A DNA stretch of 32,000 bases from Raphidiopsis brookii D9 (GCA_000175855.1 ACYB01000037.1:90001-122000); one strand, 5' to 3'; shown: positions 19,459-29,020, counted from the stretch's first letter. Notes: generated by a model from the sequence alone, not told the origin. Made by a program: numbers and translations.

Positions 19459-20106
19459 ATGAGCGAACTGGAGCGTTATTACAGACTATTAGATTTAGAG
19501 CCTGGTGCAACAATGGAAGAGATTAACCAAGCTTACAAAGATTTAGTTTTTGTTTGGCATCCCGATCGCCTACCTAAGGATAATCACCGCTTACAGAAAA
19601 AAGCCCATGATAAGATCAAAGCGTTAAATCAAGCACGGGAAAAATTACGTTCCTTTCAAGACCAGTCTCAACCTGGACATAATTCTGAGCCATCTACATC
19701 TAAAAAGTCCCCTTACCGACCAAATCAACCGCCTCCCCAAAATCCGGATCTAAGTGGTAGAGATTTTAGCCATGCCAACCTCAGCAATAAGGATCTATCA
19801 GGTAGAAATCTTAGTTATGCTAATTTAAGTGGATCCAATCTTAGTGATACTTTTATGCACAAAGTTAATCTTAGAGGTGCAAATCTATCAGGAGCTAATT
19901 TATTTCGAGCTAACTTACTATTAGCAGATTTAAGAGAGGCAAACTTACGTTCAGCCAATTTAATAGGTGCAGATCTCAGCGGTGCAGATCTGCGAGGTGC
20001 TGACCTAACTGGTGCTAGAATGCGCTCAGGGGAGCGTCTCCTGGTCAAGCTAGTGGGCGCAAACCTTACAGGGGCCATTATGCCTGATGGTGCAATTTAT
20101 GGTTAA
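19459..20106 (+). CDS. DnaJ (J-domain)-pentapeptide repeat fusion protein
   Basis: N-terminal J-domain YYRLLDLEPGATMEEINQAYKDLVFVWHPDRLP (HPD present), then A(N/D)LxxxxL pentapeptides: LSGRNLSYANLSGSNLS...RGANLSGANLFRANLLLADLREANLRSANLIGADLSGADLRGADLTGA. Confidence 0.9.
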   Translation: MSELERYYRLLDLEPGATMEEINQAYKDLVFVWHPDRLPKDNHRLQKKAHDKIKALNQAREKLRSFQDQSQPGHNSEPSTSKKSPYRPNQPPPQNPDLSGRDFSHANLSNKDLSGRNLSYANLSGSNLSDTFMHKVNLRGANLSGANLFRANLLLADLREANLRSANLIGADLSGADLRGADLTGARMRSGERLLVKLVGANLTGAIMPDGAIYG

Positions 20107-20220
20107 AAAAGTCTCAACCCTAAAAGAAGTAGCAGATGCAATACCTGGGTTTCTAACCAAAAACCCCGGGATGCGGGTTATCAATTTATTCATCCCCATA
20201 TTGTTTTATAAAACACGACT

Positions 20221-21579
20221 ATGATATTAGAACCCATACAAGAACCAATACAAGTAATAGGCGGTGGACTTGCAGGTACAGAAGCAGCATGGCAAATAGC
20301 TCAAGCAGGAGTACCCGTGATTCTACACGAGATGCGTCCCCAACGCTTTAGTCCCGCCCATCATACTGAAAACTTAGCTGAACTAGTGTGTAGTAACTCC
20401 TTTGGAGCTATGGCAAGCGATCGCGCAGCTGGGTTACTGCATGAAGAACTGCGACAACTTGACTCTATAGTTATTAGTAAAGCGGATGAACATGCAGTGC
20501 CAGCAGGTGGTGCTTTGGCGGTAGATAGGGGAAAATTTGGAGAGGATCTTACCCAAACTCTAGCCAATCACCCTTTGATTGATTTACGACGAGGGGAGGT
20601 AAAGGAAATTCCCGGGGGGATAGTGGTTTTAGCCTCAGGACCACTAACCAGTCCCCAATTGTCCGCTGATATTCAACAATTCACAGGATTAGAATATCTC
20701 AACTTCTTTGATGCTGCTAGTCCCATAATAGTAGGGGATTCCATTAATAGGGATATTGCCTTTATGGCTTCCCGTTATGACAAAGGTGAGGCGGCCTATT
20801 TAAATTGTCCCATGAGTAAACAGCAGTATTTAGAATTTCGGGAAGCACTTTGCCAAGCGGAACAAACTGAATTAAAGGACTTTGAAAGAGAAACAGCGAA
20901 GTTTTTTGAAGCCTGTTTACCCATAGAAGAAATGGCACAAAGAGGGGAAGACACCATGCGATATGGTCCCCTGAAACCGGTAGGTTTAACAGATGGCAGA
21001 ACAGGAGAGCGTAACTACGCAGTAGTGCAGTTACGACAAGAAGATAAAGCGGGGCAACTATGGAATATGGTAGGGTTTCAAACCAATTTACGTTGGGGGG
21101 AGCAAAAACGGGTGTTTAGAATGATTCCCGGTTTGGAAAATGCCGAGTTTATTAGATTGGGAGTAATGCACCGAAACACTTTTTTAAACGCGCCCCAGTT
21201 AATTTTGCCGACCCTGCAATTTAAACAACGACATACCCTACTAGCAGCAGGACAATTAATTGGTACAGAGGGTTATACCGCTGCATCTGCTGGTGGTTGG
21301 TTAGCAGGGACTAACGCGGCGAGAATTGCCCTGGGGAGGGAACCTCTCACCCTACCGAACACCACAATGATGGGATCTTTATTTGAGTTTATTAGTGGTG
21401 CAGTACCCAAGCATTTTCAACCCATGCCACCCAATTTTGGCATAGTTCCAGATTTGGGCGTTAAAATCAAGAGCAAACCGGAAAAATACGGGCGTTATCG
21501 AGATAGATCATTAGCGGATTTAGATGAGTGGAAATCCCAATATTTTTCTTCTTTGAGTAGGAATCTTAACAATTCTTAA
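20221..21579 (+). CDS. trmFO: methylenetetrahydrofolate--tRNA-(uracil(54)-C(5))-methyltransferase
   Basis: [68 protein letters not shown]. Confidence 0.95.
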   Translation: MILEPIQEPIQVIGGGLAGTEAAWQIAQAGVPVILHEMRPQRFSPAHHTENLAELVCSNSFGAMASDRAAGLLHEELRQLDSIVISKADEHAVPAGGALAVDRGKFGEDLTQTLANHPLIDLRRGEVKEIPGGIVVLASGPLTSPQLSADIQQFTGLEYLNFFDAASPIIVGDSINRDIAFMASRYDKGEAAYLNCPMSKQQYLEFREALCQAEQTELKDFERETAKFFEACLPIEEMAQRGEDTMRYGPLKPVGLTDGRTGERNYAVVQLRQEDKAGQLWNMVGFQTNLRWGEQKRVFRMIPGLENAEFIRLGVMHRNTFLNAPQLILPTLQFKQRHTLLAAGQLIGTEGYTAASAGGWLAGTNAARIALGREPLTLPNTTMMGSLFEFISGAVPKHFQPMPPNFGIVPDLGVKIKSKPEKYGRYRDRSLADLDEWKSQYFSSLSRNLNNS

Positions 21580-21638
21580 TAAATTATTGGTGAAATAATT
21601 CCAGCTAACCAGCAAAACCGTGTTATATTAGAGCATGA

Positions 21639-21711
21639 GGGCGCGTGGCTCAGTGGATAGAGCAACAGATTCCGGTTCTGTGGGTCGGGGGTTCAAATCC
21701 CTCCGCGCTCG
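21639..21711 (+). tRNA. tRNA-Arg (anticodon CCG at 21672-21674)
   Basis: Hand-folded cloverleaf: acceptor GGGCGCG/CGCGCTC with discriminator G, D-stem GCTC/GAGC, anticodon stem ACAGA/TCTGT with loop TTCCGGT, T-arm GGGGG-TTCAAAT-CCCTC. Confidence 0.95.
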
Positions 21712-21808
21712 CCTAGTTAACGCTGGATGTTATTTGTCAGCAAAGGATCAGCCACTTGAAATTCAGCTACGAGCCCCAGGTTTTGGAAGCATACTTGGGA
21801 TAACCGGT

Positions 21809-22846
21809 CTAGATTTCCAACTCACGTGCAATCAGGGACATAGAATAACAAAATACCCAGTAAATTACCCCAATAAATATATAAACCTCCATGTATCTAC
21901 CCAGAAATTGTGGTTGTGCTAGAATGGAACGGGCAATTCCGGTTAATTCCACTAAACCCACAAGGGACAATAATGAGGTATCCTTGAATAAACCAATAAA
22001 CTGCCCTACAATTGTGGGGATTACCGCTCGCAAAGCTTGAGGTAATATAACCAATATCAGGAGCAAGAAGGTATTTAAACCCAACGCTCTTGCTGCTTCA
22101 AATTGTCCTCTGGGTATGGATTGCAGTCCCCCACGCACATTTTCTGCCATATAAGCGGCACTAAATAAAACCAGCCCCGCAACACCCCTAACTAATCTGT
22201 CTAAACGCCAATTGTCAGGTAGAAACAGAGGTAACATCACCTGGGCAATAAACAAAATCCCTATGAGCGGTAAACCTCTAACTAGCTCAATGTAGAGAAT
22301 AGAAAACCAGCGAATTACAGGCAATTCACTGTTTCTTCCTAATGCTAATAGTACACCGAGAGGAAAGGAAAGTACTATACTAACGAATGCCATTAACAAG
22401 GTTAGTAAAAGTCCATTCCATAAATTTGTAGGAACAGATTGTAACCCCAAACCACCACCAAGTAACCAAATAGTAATGATAAAAGTTAAGAACCATATAG
22501 GTGCTAACAGAGGTACAATTAATTGATAGGCTTTTTGAAGCAATTGGTTTTCAGGCAAATGGTATTTTGCATCAACCCATACCAAGTTATCAACCCTATA
22601 ATAGAATTGATTGCCAAAGCTAGCCAGATTCGCCAATATAAAGCCTGGGGGAATCTGCCAACTAAAAATAAAATGGATATTTGCCGTAACAACTTCCCAC
22701 TTGGCTTGATTAAATATCCAAAATAATATGCCTTTACCTAGGGAAAATAAAACAATTACACAAACTATAGTTAATACCCCGTTATACCAGTTATTAAATA
22801 GATTTTTTCTAAGCCAAATTAGCTGATCCATAATTAGCATTACCAA
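21809..22846 (-). CDS. polar amino-acid ABC transporter permease (NatH/AapM-like)
   Basis: HisM/AapM-type permease: WLNGLLLTLLMAFVSIVLSFPLGVLLALGR-like segment, FSILYIELVRGLPLIGILFIAQ, YMAENVRGGLQSIPRGQFEAARALG, ILPQALRAVIPTIVGQFIGLFKDTSLLSLVG. Confidence 0.92.
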   Translation of the reverse strand: MVMLIMDQLIWLRKNLFNNWYNGVLTIVCVIVLFSLGKGILFWIFNQAKWEVVTANIHFIFSWQIPPGFILANLASFGNQFYYRVDNLVWVDAKYHLPENQLLQKAYQLIVPLLAPIWFLTFIITIWLLGGGLGLQSVPTNLWNGLLLTLLMAFVSIVLSFPLGVLLALGRNSELPVIRWFSILYIELVRGLPLIGILFIAQVMLPLFLPDNWRLDRLVRGVAGLVLFSAAYMAENVRGGLQSIPRGQFEAARALGLNTFLLLILVILPQALRAVIPTIVGQFIGLFKDTSLLSLVGLVELTGIARSILAQPQFLGRYMEVYIFIGVIYWVFCYSMSLIARELEI

Positions 22847-22854
22847 CGTGATTA

Positions 22855-23796
22855 TTATCTTTCTTTAATTTGGACAGTGCGATTGATTAAATTCATTACT
22901 ATAGAAATAGTTAAGCTTAAAGTTAAATAGGTGATCATCAATAAAACCATGACTTCCACAGCTTTTCCTGTTTGGTTAAAGGTGGTAGAAGCGACAAAAT
23001 ACATATCTGGATAACCAATAGCGATCGCTAAACTAGAATTTTTCATCAAATTCAAATATTGACTGGTAAGTGGGGGGACAATCAGCTTTAAAGCCTGGGG
23101 AAATATTATCAACCTCATTAACAAACCAGATCTTAACCCTAAAGATAATCCTGCGTCCCACTGTCCCTGGGAGACTGACTTTATACCCGCTCTGACAATT
23201 TCTGCTACAAAAGCACCGGTGTAAAATGTCAGACCTAATAACAGGGTACAAAATTCTGGAGTTAGATTAACTCCCTGATAGGTGAGGGTGGGTAAATCTA
23301 TGCCATTTTGACTCAGGTAACCTAAACCAAAAAGAGAAATTTTATTTTCTGGTTTTGGTAAAGATAGAAAAACTCCAAAATACCAAAATAACAACTGCAA
23401 TAATAAAGGAGTGTTTCTAAAAATCTCCACGTAAACTAAACTGATATTTCTTACTAACCAATTATCAGATAAACGCCCTATACCAGCAGTTATTCCCACA
23501 ACCGTAGCCAACAAAATTCCTAAAGTTGCTACTCGCAAGGAATTAACTAGTCCCACAGCTAAAGCGCGCCCATAGGATTCAGTAGCATCATATTTAACTA
23601 GGCTTTCACCAATGTCAAAAGATGCTTGTTGTCCAAGAAAATCCCACCCAAAACTAATACCCAACTGACGTAAGTTATGGTTAGCATTATTCCATAGGAT
23701 ATTCACTATACCCAAGGCCATAAGTATGGCTACAACCTGTATGGCAATTTGCCAGAAACGATAATTACGCCATATTGGTGGTTGGGAATTAGTCAT
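22855..23796 (-). CDS. polar amino-acid ABC transporter permease (NatG/AapQ-like)
   Basis: VEIFRNTPLLLQLLFWYFGV, FTGAFVAEIVRAGIKSVSQGQWDAGLSLGLR, IFPQALKLIVPPLTSQYLNLMKNSSLAIAIGYPD. Confidence 0.93.
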   Translation of the reverse strand: MTNSQPPIWRNYRFWQIAIQVVAILMALGIVNILWNNANHNLRQLGISFGWDFLGQQASFDIGESLVKYDATESYGRALAVGLVNSLRVATLGILLATVVGITAGIGRLSDNWLVRNISLVYVEIFRNTPLLLQLLFWYFGVFLSLPKPENKISLFGLGYLSQNGIDLPTLTYQGVNLTPEFCTLLLGLTFYTGAFVAEIVRAGIKSVSQGQWDAGLSLGLRSGLLMRLIIFPQALKLIVPPLTSQYLNLMKNSSLAIAIGYPDMYFVASTTFNQTGKAVEVMVLLMITYLTLSLTISIVMNLINRTVQIKER

Positions 23797-23829
23797 TGGT
23801 TATCTTCTCCAAATATTACCGGTTGGGAA

Positions 23830-24885
23830 CTAACGAAATGGTGGAGAATAGAGTAGACCACCCTTACTATAAAGTTCATTTTGTCCACGGGGGAGATTCA
23901 GTTTGGTTTTAGACCCTAAATTGCGATCATAAATTTCCCCGTAGTTACCAACATGCTTAATTATTCGAGCAGCAAAATCATTGGTTAAACCTATACCTTT
24001 ACCTAGGTTACCTTCTGTGCCTAAAAAACGTTTAATTTCCGGATCCTTACTATTGGCAAATTGGGATATGTTTTGAGAGTTAATGCCTAACTCTTCAGCC
24101 TTGATTAGGGCGTAAACACTCCATTTAACAATATTATTCCATTGAGGGTCCCCCTGAGCAACTGCGGGAGCCAAAGGTTCTGAAGAAAGCAATTCATTCA
24201 GAATAATATTATCTTCAGGTTTGGGTAAGGTAGTACGTCGGGAAATTAAGGCTGAACGATCAGCAGTTACCGCATCACAACGACCTTCCGAATAGGTGGC
24301 AAAGGTAACGTTAATGTCTTCAAAAACTACGGGTTTATAACTAATGCCCCGCTTCCGCATTTGGTCAGCTAAATTTTGTTCCGTGGTTGTACCCGTTTGC
24401 GTGCAGATGGCTTTGTTTTTTAAATCAGCTAAGGAATTAATACCACTATTTTTACGGATCATGATTCCTTGACCATCATATAGTACCACGGGTGAAAAAT
24501 ATAGACCCATAGAAGTGTCACGACTAAAAGTCCATGTGGTATTACGACTAAGTAAATCTATCTCACCAGTTTGCAAAGCTGTGAATCTTTCTTTAGCACT
24601 AAGATTACGAAACTCTACTTTGTCCGGATTGTCAAATAAGGCAGCTGCAACAGCGCGACAAACATCCACATCAATACCGGCATATTTACCATCAGTTTGC
24701 ACAAAGCTAAATCCAGGTAACTCACCACTCACACCACAAACTAAACGGAGATTGGTTTTAACTTTATCAGTAGTATTGCGTGGTTGTGCTGTTGATGTAG
24801 ATGTGCTGCTACTAGGACTGCTATTGCAACCCAAAAGGGCAAAAATAAGAGGACCAACTACTAAAAACAAAAATGATTTTGCCAT
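23830..24885 (-). CDS. polar amino-acid ABC transporter substrate-binding lipoprotein (NatF/AapJ-like)
   Basis: FVQTDGKYAGIDVDVCRAVAAALFDNPDKVEFRNLSAKERFTALQTGEIDLLSRNTTWTFSRD. Internal start MAKSFLFLVVGPLIFALLGCNSS gives a lipoprotein signal with lipobox, better than the track's 24966 start, which lies upstream of the promoter. Confidence 0.93.
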   Translation of the reverse strand: MAKSFLFLVVGPLIFALLGCNSSPSSSTSTSTAQPRNTTDKVKTNLRLVCGVSGELPGFSFVQTDGKYAGIDVDVCRAVAAALFDNPDKVEFRNLSAKERFTALQTGEIDLLSRNTTWTFSRDTSMGLYFSPVVLYDGQGIMIRKNSGINSLADLKNKAICTQTGTTTEQNLADQMRKRGISYKPVVFEDINVTFATYSEGRCDAVTADRSALISRRTTLPKPEDNIILNELLSSEPLAPAVAQGDPQWNNIVKWSVYALIKAEELGINSQNISQFANSKDPEIKRFLGTEGNLGKGIGLTNDFAARIIKHVGNYGEIYDRNLGSKTKLNLPRGQNELYSKGGLLYSPPFR

Positions 24886-24927
24886 AACTCTGCTACAATG
24901 GTAAATATCAGGATAAACCCGGGGGTA

Positions 24928-24957
24928 ATTATAGTAAATTTTCTTAAGTACTGTCAA
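24928..24957 (-). promoter_or_regulatory. sigma70-type promoter of the amino-acid ABC operon
   Basis: Minus strand TTGACA (24957-24952), 18-nt spacer, TATAAT (24933-24928); exact consensus hexamers about 43 nt upstream of the reassigned ATG at 24885. Confidence 0.75.
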
Positions 24958-25202
24958 TGGTTTCAACTATATAACTCATACCCTATAATACGATGGAACC
25001 TGGGGTTTTAAACAGCAATTGTAGCCATTCTCACATTCCTTAAACCAATGGTTAATGCTGCTTCACTTCCTCTCAAAAATATCCATAGCAAGTTAAGATG
25101 GTTGTGGTGGAGTTCTCAAACTTCCCGGTCATGATACCACCATGACTATCCATATAGTCGTTTTTTAGTAAATATTAACAAACTGATATCGCTTGAATTT
25201 TT

Positions 25203-25853
25203 ATGACATCATACACAACTTCCTCTGCTAAAGCAGAAATGAGCGAACTTAGAAGATTAAAGAGTCTACTCCCACCAGAATTACAAAGTTGGGTAATTGT
25301 GGAAGGAACAACAGAAGTCAGTCCTCCTTTGATTCGTTCTGAAGAAATTGGTAAAGACCAAGTGGAGATTCAAATTGATTTAATTAAGTGGGATGCCTTA
25401 GCTATGGACCAGCGTAACCTTCTATTTTGGCATGAGGTGGGACGTATTCAAAATGATACTATCCCTAAAGATGGGTGGGAAATGGCTGCGTTGGCTATTG
25501 GTTTAGGTGGTGCTGTAGGTGAATTGTGGGTGCAGGATGGATTATTATTAGTTTTGGCTTTAGCTCTTTGTGGAGTTTCTGGCTGGCGACTATATCAAAA
25601 AAACAATGGCACAAAGCAAACAAAAGAGTTAATTGATGCTGATGAAAAGGCTATTACCTTGGCTACGCGATTTGGTTACACTTTACCTAATGCCTATAAA
25701 AGCTTAGGAAGTGCTCTTAAAACTTTAATTGATACTACCCCGGGTAAGCGTCAGCGTTCTCGTTACGAAGCTAGGCTTTCTGCTCTTAAACGTAGTGCTA
25801 ATAAGGCTAAATCTAGGTCTAACAATTCTAACAATGTAGATGAAAACTACTAA
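25203..25853 (+). CDS. DUF3318-like cyanobacterial protein
   Basis: SELRRLKSLLPPELQSWVIVEG...MDQRNLLFWHEVGRIQNDTIPKDGWEMAALAIGLGGAVGELWVQDGLLLVLALALCGVSGWRLY. Confidence 0.75.
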   Translation: MTSYTTSSAKAEMSELRRLKSLLPPELQSWVIVEGTTEVSPPLIRSEEIGKDQVEIQIDLIKWDALAMDQRNLLFWHEVGRIQNDTIPKDGWEMAALAIGLGGAVGELWVQDGLLLVLALALCGVSGWRLYQKNNGTKQTKELIDADEKAITLATRFGYTLPNAYKSLGSALKTLIDTTPGKRQRSRYEARLSALKRSANKAKSRSNNSNNVDENY

Positions 25854-25979
25854 TTCAACTACTTATTTCTAAATATAAAGTTTGTGTTGTTCTAGTGGAA
25901 AAAATGAAAGTTTATTGGCATTTCCCAAAAAGGTAAGCATGATACTTTTCGTCAATATAGGGAAATTTATCATAGGATT

Positions 25980-25997
25980 AAACAGTCTAAACTGTTT
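25980..25997 (+). other. small hairpin AAACAGT-CTAA-ACTGTTT
   Basis: 7-bp perfect stem, 4-nt loop, followed by TCT. Weak terminator-like downstream of the DUF3318-like gene. Confidence 0.35.
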
Positions 25998-26065
25998 TCT
26001 ATTCGTAAAGTAGCCACTAGCATCTATCCCAGGAAAGACAATTATTAGTTGAAACTAGTTGAGAA

Positions 26066-26087
26066 CCTCTACCCCTTGGGTAGGGGA
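26066..26087 (+). promoter_or_regulatory. strong inverted repeat in the leader upstream of the STAS-sugar transferase gene
   Basis: CCTCTACCCCTTGGGGTAGGGG: 9 pairs around a CTTG loop, including one G-T; no T-run follows. Confidence 0.5.
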
Positions 26088-26197
26088 TAAACAGGGGGAA
26101 AGATTTACCCTAGAGATGTTTATTTTCACCCAAAACCAAACATTCCGGGTGGGTAAGCGTGGCGGAATCTTAGATAGTAACCCAAGTTGATAGCTTC

Positions 26198-27220
26198 ATG
26201 ACTGGAAAATTCGTAGAAATAGATCTTCCGGTTCATTATCTGGAAGGTACGATGGTAGTGCAGGTTTCAAATCGTCTTAGCGTAAATGAAGCCATTTGCT
26301 TTAAAGAGACTTGCCGGGATCTAATTGAGTCTAACCTGGATTCTAAAGTTCTATTGATAGACTTTAATAACACAACTTTTATGGATAGTAGTGGGTTAGG
26401 GGCTTTAGTAAGTATTTTTAGGTCCGCTCAACAGAAGGGAATAGAATTGACACTGGATAACGTAACCCCACAAGTGATGGCAGTCCTTAATTTAACGGGA
26501 TTGGATCAGGTATTTATAATTAAATCTTCTGTAACCAATAAAACTTCAGAATTGACTAACTCCGCAAACAGTTGTGTCAGTAATTGTAGACCAGAAGATC
26601 TACCATCAACTCATCCTTGTGTAAAGTCTAGGATGAAAAGAATTATTGATATAGTTGGGTCTTTAGTAGGGTTAGTAATTACAGTATGTTTATTGATTCC
26701 CATTGGGATTGCCATCAGCATCAATGATCCAGGTCCGATTTTTTTTAGACAGATCCGTTGTGGGTGGATGGGTAAACGTTTTTATATTTGGAAGTTCCGT
26801 TCCATGTGTGTAGATGCGGAAGCCAAAAAGTCCCAGGTAAAAAATCAAGTAGCTGGGGCATTTTTTAAAAACGATCATGACCCTAGGATTACCAAAGTAG
26901 GACGTTTTTTGCGTCGCACCAGTCTGGATGAACTGCCACAATTTTGGAACGTGTTAAAAGGGGAAATGAGTTTAGTTGGTACTCGTCCACCCACCCCTGA
27001 TGAGGTGGAACTATACGAAGTGCCAGAATGGCAACGCTTAGACGTGAAACCAGGGATGACTGGGGAATGGCAAGTAAATGGTCGCTCCAAAGTACGGAAT
27101 TTTGAGGATGTTATTCGTCTGGACCTACAGTATCAGAAAAATTGGAGTTTAGTTTACGATTTGCAATTAATTGTTAAAACTATATCCATTTTATTTAATA
27201 AAAACAGTGGTGCTGTTTAA
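26198..27220 (+). CDS. STAS-domain (anti-sigma-factor-antagonist-like) fused to a bacterial sugar transferase
   Basis: N-terminal STAS: [32 protein letters not shown]-terminal sugar transferase: [79 protein letters not shown]. Confidence 0.93.
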   Translation: MTGKFVEIDLPVHYLEGTMVVQVSNRLSVNEAICFKETCRDLIESNLDSKVLLIDFNNTTFMDSSGLGALVSIFRSAQQKGIELTLDNVTPQVMAVLNLTGLDQVFIIKSSVTNKTSELTNSANSCVSNCRPEDLPSTHPCVKSRMKRIIDIVGSLVGLVITVCLLIPIGIAISINDPGPIFFRQIRCGWMGKRFYIWKFRSMCVDAEAKKSQVKNQVAGAFFKNDHDPRITKVGRFLRRTSLDELPQFWNVLKGEMSLVGTRPPTPDEVELYEVPEWQRLDVKPGMTGEWQVNGRSKVRNFEDVIRLDLQYQKNWSLVYDLQLIVKTISILFNKNSGAV

Positions 27221-27273
27221 ATTCTCGGATAAATCCGGAAAATAGTCTGTTGTGGTTCATGACTCCCGTGGGA

Positions 27274-27313
27274 TATAATGTTTTTAAAGACGCTCCGATG
27301 AACGTCTTTAAAA
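27274..27313 (+). promoter_or_regulatory. promoter -10 box plus leader hairpin of the PhzF-like gene
   Basis: TATAAT at 27274-27279 (weak TTGTGG-like -35 about 18 nt upstream), then perfect 11-bp stem TTTTAAAGACG (27282-27292)/CGTCTTTAAAA (27303-27313) with a 10-nt loop, then GAGGGA and ATG at 27324. Confidence 0.55.
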
Positions 27314-27323
27314 TTGAGGGAAC

Positions 27324-28115
27324 ATGAGAACCACTAACCAAAAAATTATCCAGGTTGACGCTTTTACCAACAAACCATTTCAAGGTAACCCTGCTGGGGT
27401 TTGCGTGTTGACCAATTCCGAATCTGACGAGTGGATGCAGCAAGTAGCTCAAGAAATGAATTTATCAGAAACAGCCTTTTTGCTACCAGAAAATGACGGT
27501 TTCAATTTACGGTGGTTCACGCCAACCACAGAAGTTCCCCTGTGCGGTCATGCTACCTTAGCTAGTGCCCACGTCCTCTGGTCAGAAGGATATTTATCAC
27601 CAGAACAAAAAGCCCGATTTTATACTAAAAGTGGTCTATTGATTGCGAAAAAGCAAGATGATTGGATTGAATTAGATTTTCCCGTTAATCATTCCCAAAT
27701 TGTGGAACCACCACCTTTATTAAATGAGGTTTTAGGAGTTGGTTACAAATCAGTTTCTTTGAACTCCCTTGGTTATTTAGTGGAATTAGCCTCTCCACAA
27801 TTAGTGCGACAAATACAGCCAGATTTCCAACAAATGAGACTGCTACCAGTCAAGAGTATGATTGTTACTAGCACCGGTGATCTGGAATATGATTTTATAT
27901 CTCGTTTTTTTGCCCCCGGTTTTGGTATTGACGAAGACCCAGTAACTGGTGCTGCACATTGTTGTTTGGCTCCCTTTTGGCGATATAAACTGCAAAAAGA
28001 TACTTTTTTAGCCTATCAAGCTTCTCAACGGGGCGGAATACTCAGAGTAACCTATTCGGGAGGAAATCGGGTTTTTTTAAGCGGACAGGCTATTACCGTT
28101 GAGAACATTACCTAG
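27324..28115 (+). CDS. PhzF-family isomerase-like protein
   Basis: QVDAFTNKPFQGNPAGVCVL, MNLSETAFL, LRWFTPTTEVPLCGHATLASAHVL, FGIDEDPVTGAAHCCLAPFW. Confidence 0.94.
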   Translation: MRTTNQKIIQVDAFTNKPFQGNPAGVCVLTNSESDEWMQQVAQEMNLSETAFLLPENDGFNLRWFTPTTEVPLCGHATLASAHVLWSEGYLSPEQKARFYTKSGLLIAKKQDDWIELDFPVNHSQIVEPPPLLNEVLGVGYKSVSLNSLGYLVELASPQLVRQIQPDFQQMRLLPVKSMIVTSTGDLEYDFISRFFAPGFGIDEDPVTGAAHCCLAPFWRYKLQKDTFLAYQASQRGGILRVTYSGGNRVFLSGQAITVENIT

Positions 28116-28311
28116 AAAGCTTATTGGCTTTAACAGTCTCTAGGTCTGGGTTAATTCAAACAATCACGGTTAATTTCCTGGCGATCGCACTGAACTAACT
28201 CTCATGCGATCGCCCTTGAGGTTCCCGCACCACTGCATCCTCAAAACTAGTATAATGGGGGAGTCCTATGAGATTTAAATCATTTTGACGCTTCTTTAGT
28301 CTAAACTCCAG

Positions 28312-28840
28312 TTATTCAGCACTCAGTCCCTGTTTTTGCAATAAATCTGCTGCTTTTTGTAAGTCAGCAATGGCACCCTGATTATCTCCTAACCTACTGC
28401 GTACAACACCCCGATTGTAGTAAAAATCAGCGTGAGGGCTGAGCTTGATAGCTTGGTCTATTGCATCTATGGCTTCTTGATATCTTTTTAAATTAGATAA
28501 TACTACCAATTTCTCATTATATAGATTGGGATTATTAGGCTGTAGTTTTATAGCTTGATTAATAGCTAGTAATGCTTGATCAGATCTACCTAATTTTGTA
28601 TTTGCTAAACTTAAAATAGTCCATGCTAGAACAGAATCAGATTTAGCTTTGACAGCTTCCTCTAAAGCTATTACTGCCTCCATAACTTTCCCACTCCTAC
28701 TTAATGCTAAACCCTTGCCATAATAGGCTAGATGAATAAATTCTGGTTTCTGTTTAATTGCATTATCAAATGCTGTTATTGCCTCTGGATAACGACCCAA
28801 CCTCCATAGTTGATTTCCCGTTTCTAACCAATTAAATAGG
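28312..28840 (-). pseudogene. N-terminally truncated TPR-protein remnant
   Basis: TPR homology continues upstream of the TTG-start ORF (TDLFNWLETGNQLWRLGRYPEAITAFDNAIKQKPE) up to an in-frame stop, with no ATG/GTG start ahead of the first repeat. Confidence 0.55.
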
Positions 28841-28855
28841 TCAGTTCAACCGGAT

Positions 28856-28885
28856 CACTATGGCGATTAACACTATGGCGATTAA
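28856..28885. repeat. perfect tandem duplication, CACTATGGCGATTAA x2 (15-bp unit)
   Basis: Read directly: CACTATGGCGATTAACACTATGGCGATTAA. Confidence 0.95.
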
Positions 28886-28935
28886 GTAGTACATACCATA
28901 ATTAATACCTTTGCCAATTTTCCAAATATAGGGCT

Positions 28936-28961
28936 GAAACCCAATAAAGAAACCCAATAAA
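28936..28961. repeat. perfect tandem duplication, GAAACCCAATAAA x2 (13-bp unit)
   Basis: Read directly: GAAACCCAATAAAGAAACCCAATAAA. Confidence 0.95.
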
Positions 28962-29020
28962 ATCGTCACGATATCAATACGGTTTCATAATTTTGGCAGC
29001 AGTATTAATAATTACTAACT

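Noticed and set aside
21635-21922. 95-aa plus-strand ORF MRARGSVDRATDSGSVGRGFKSLRARL...
   Set aside because: It covers the tRNA-Arg gene and the 3' end of the opposite-strand permease gene. The protein is a translation of tRNA sequence.
25131-25160. Inverted repeat GTCATG-ATACCAC-CATGAC upstream of the DUF3318-like gene
   Set aside because: Only 6 bp of stem; expected fairly often by chance in this amount of intergenic sequence.
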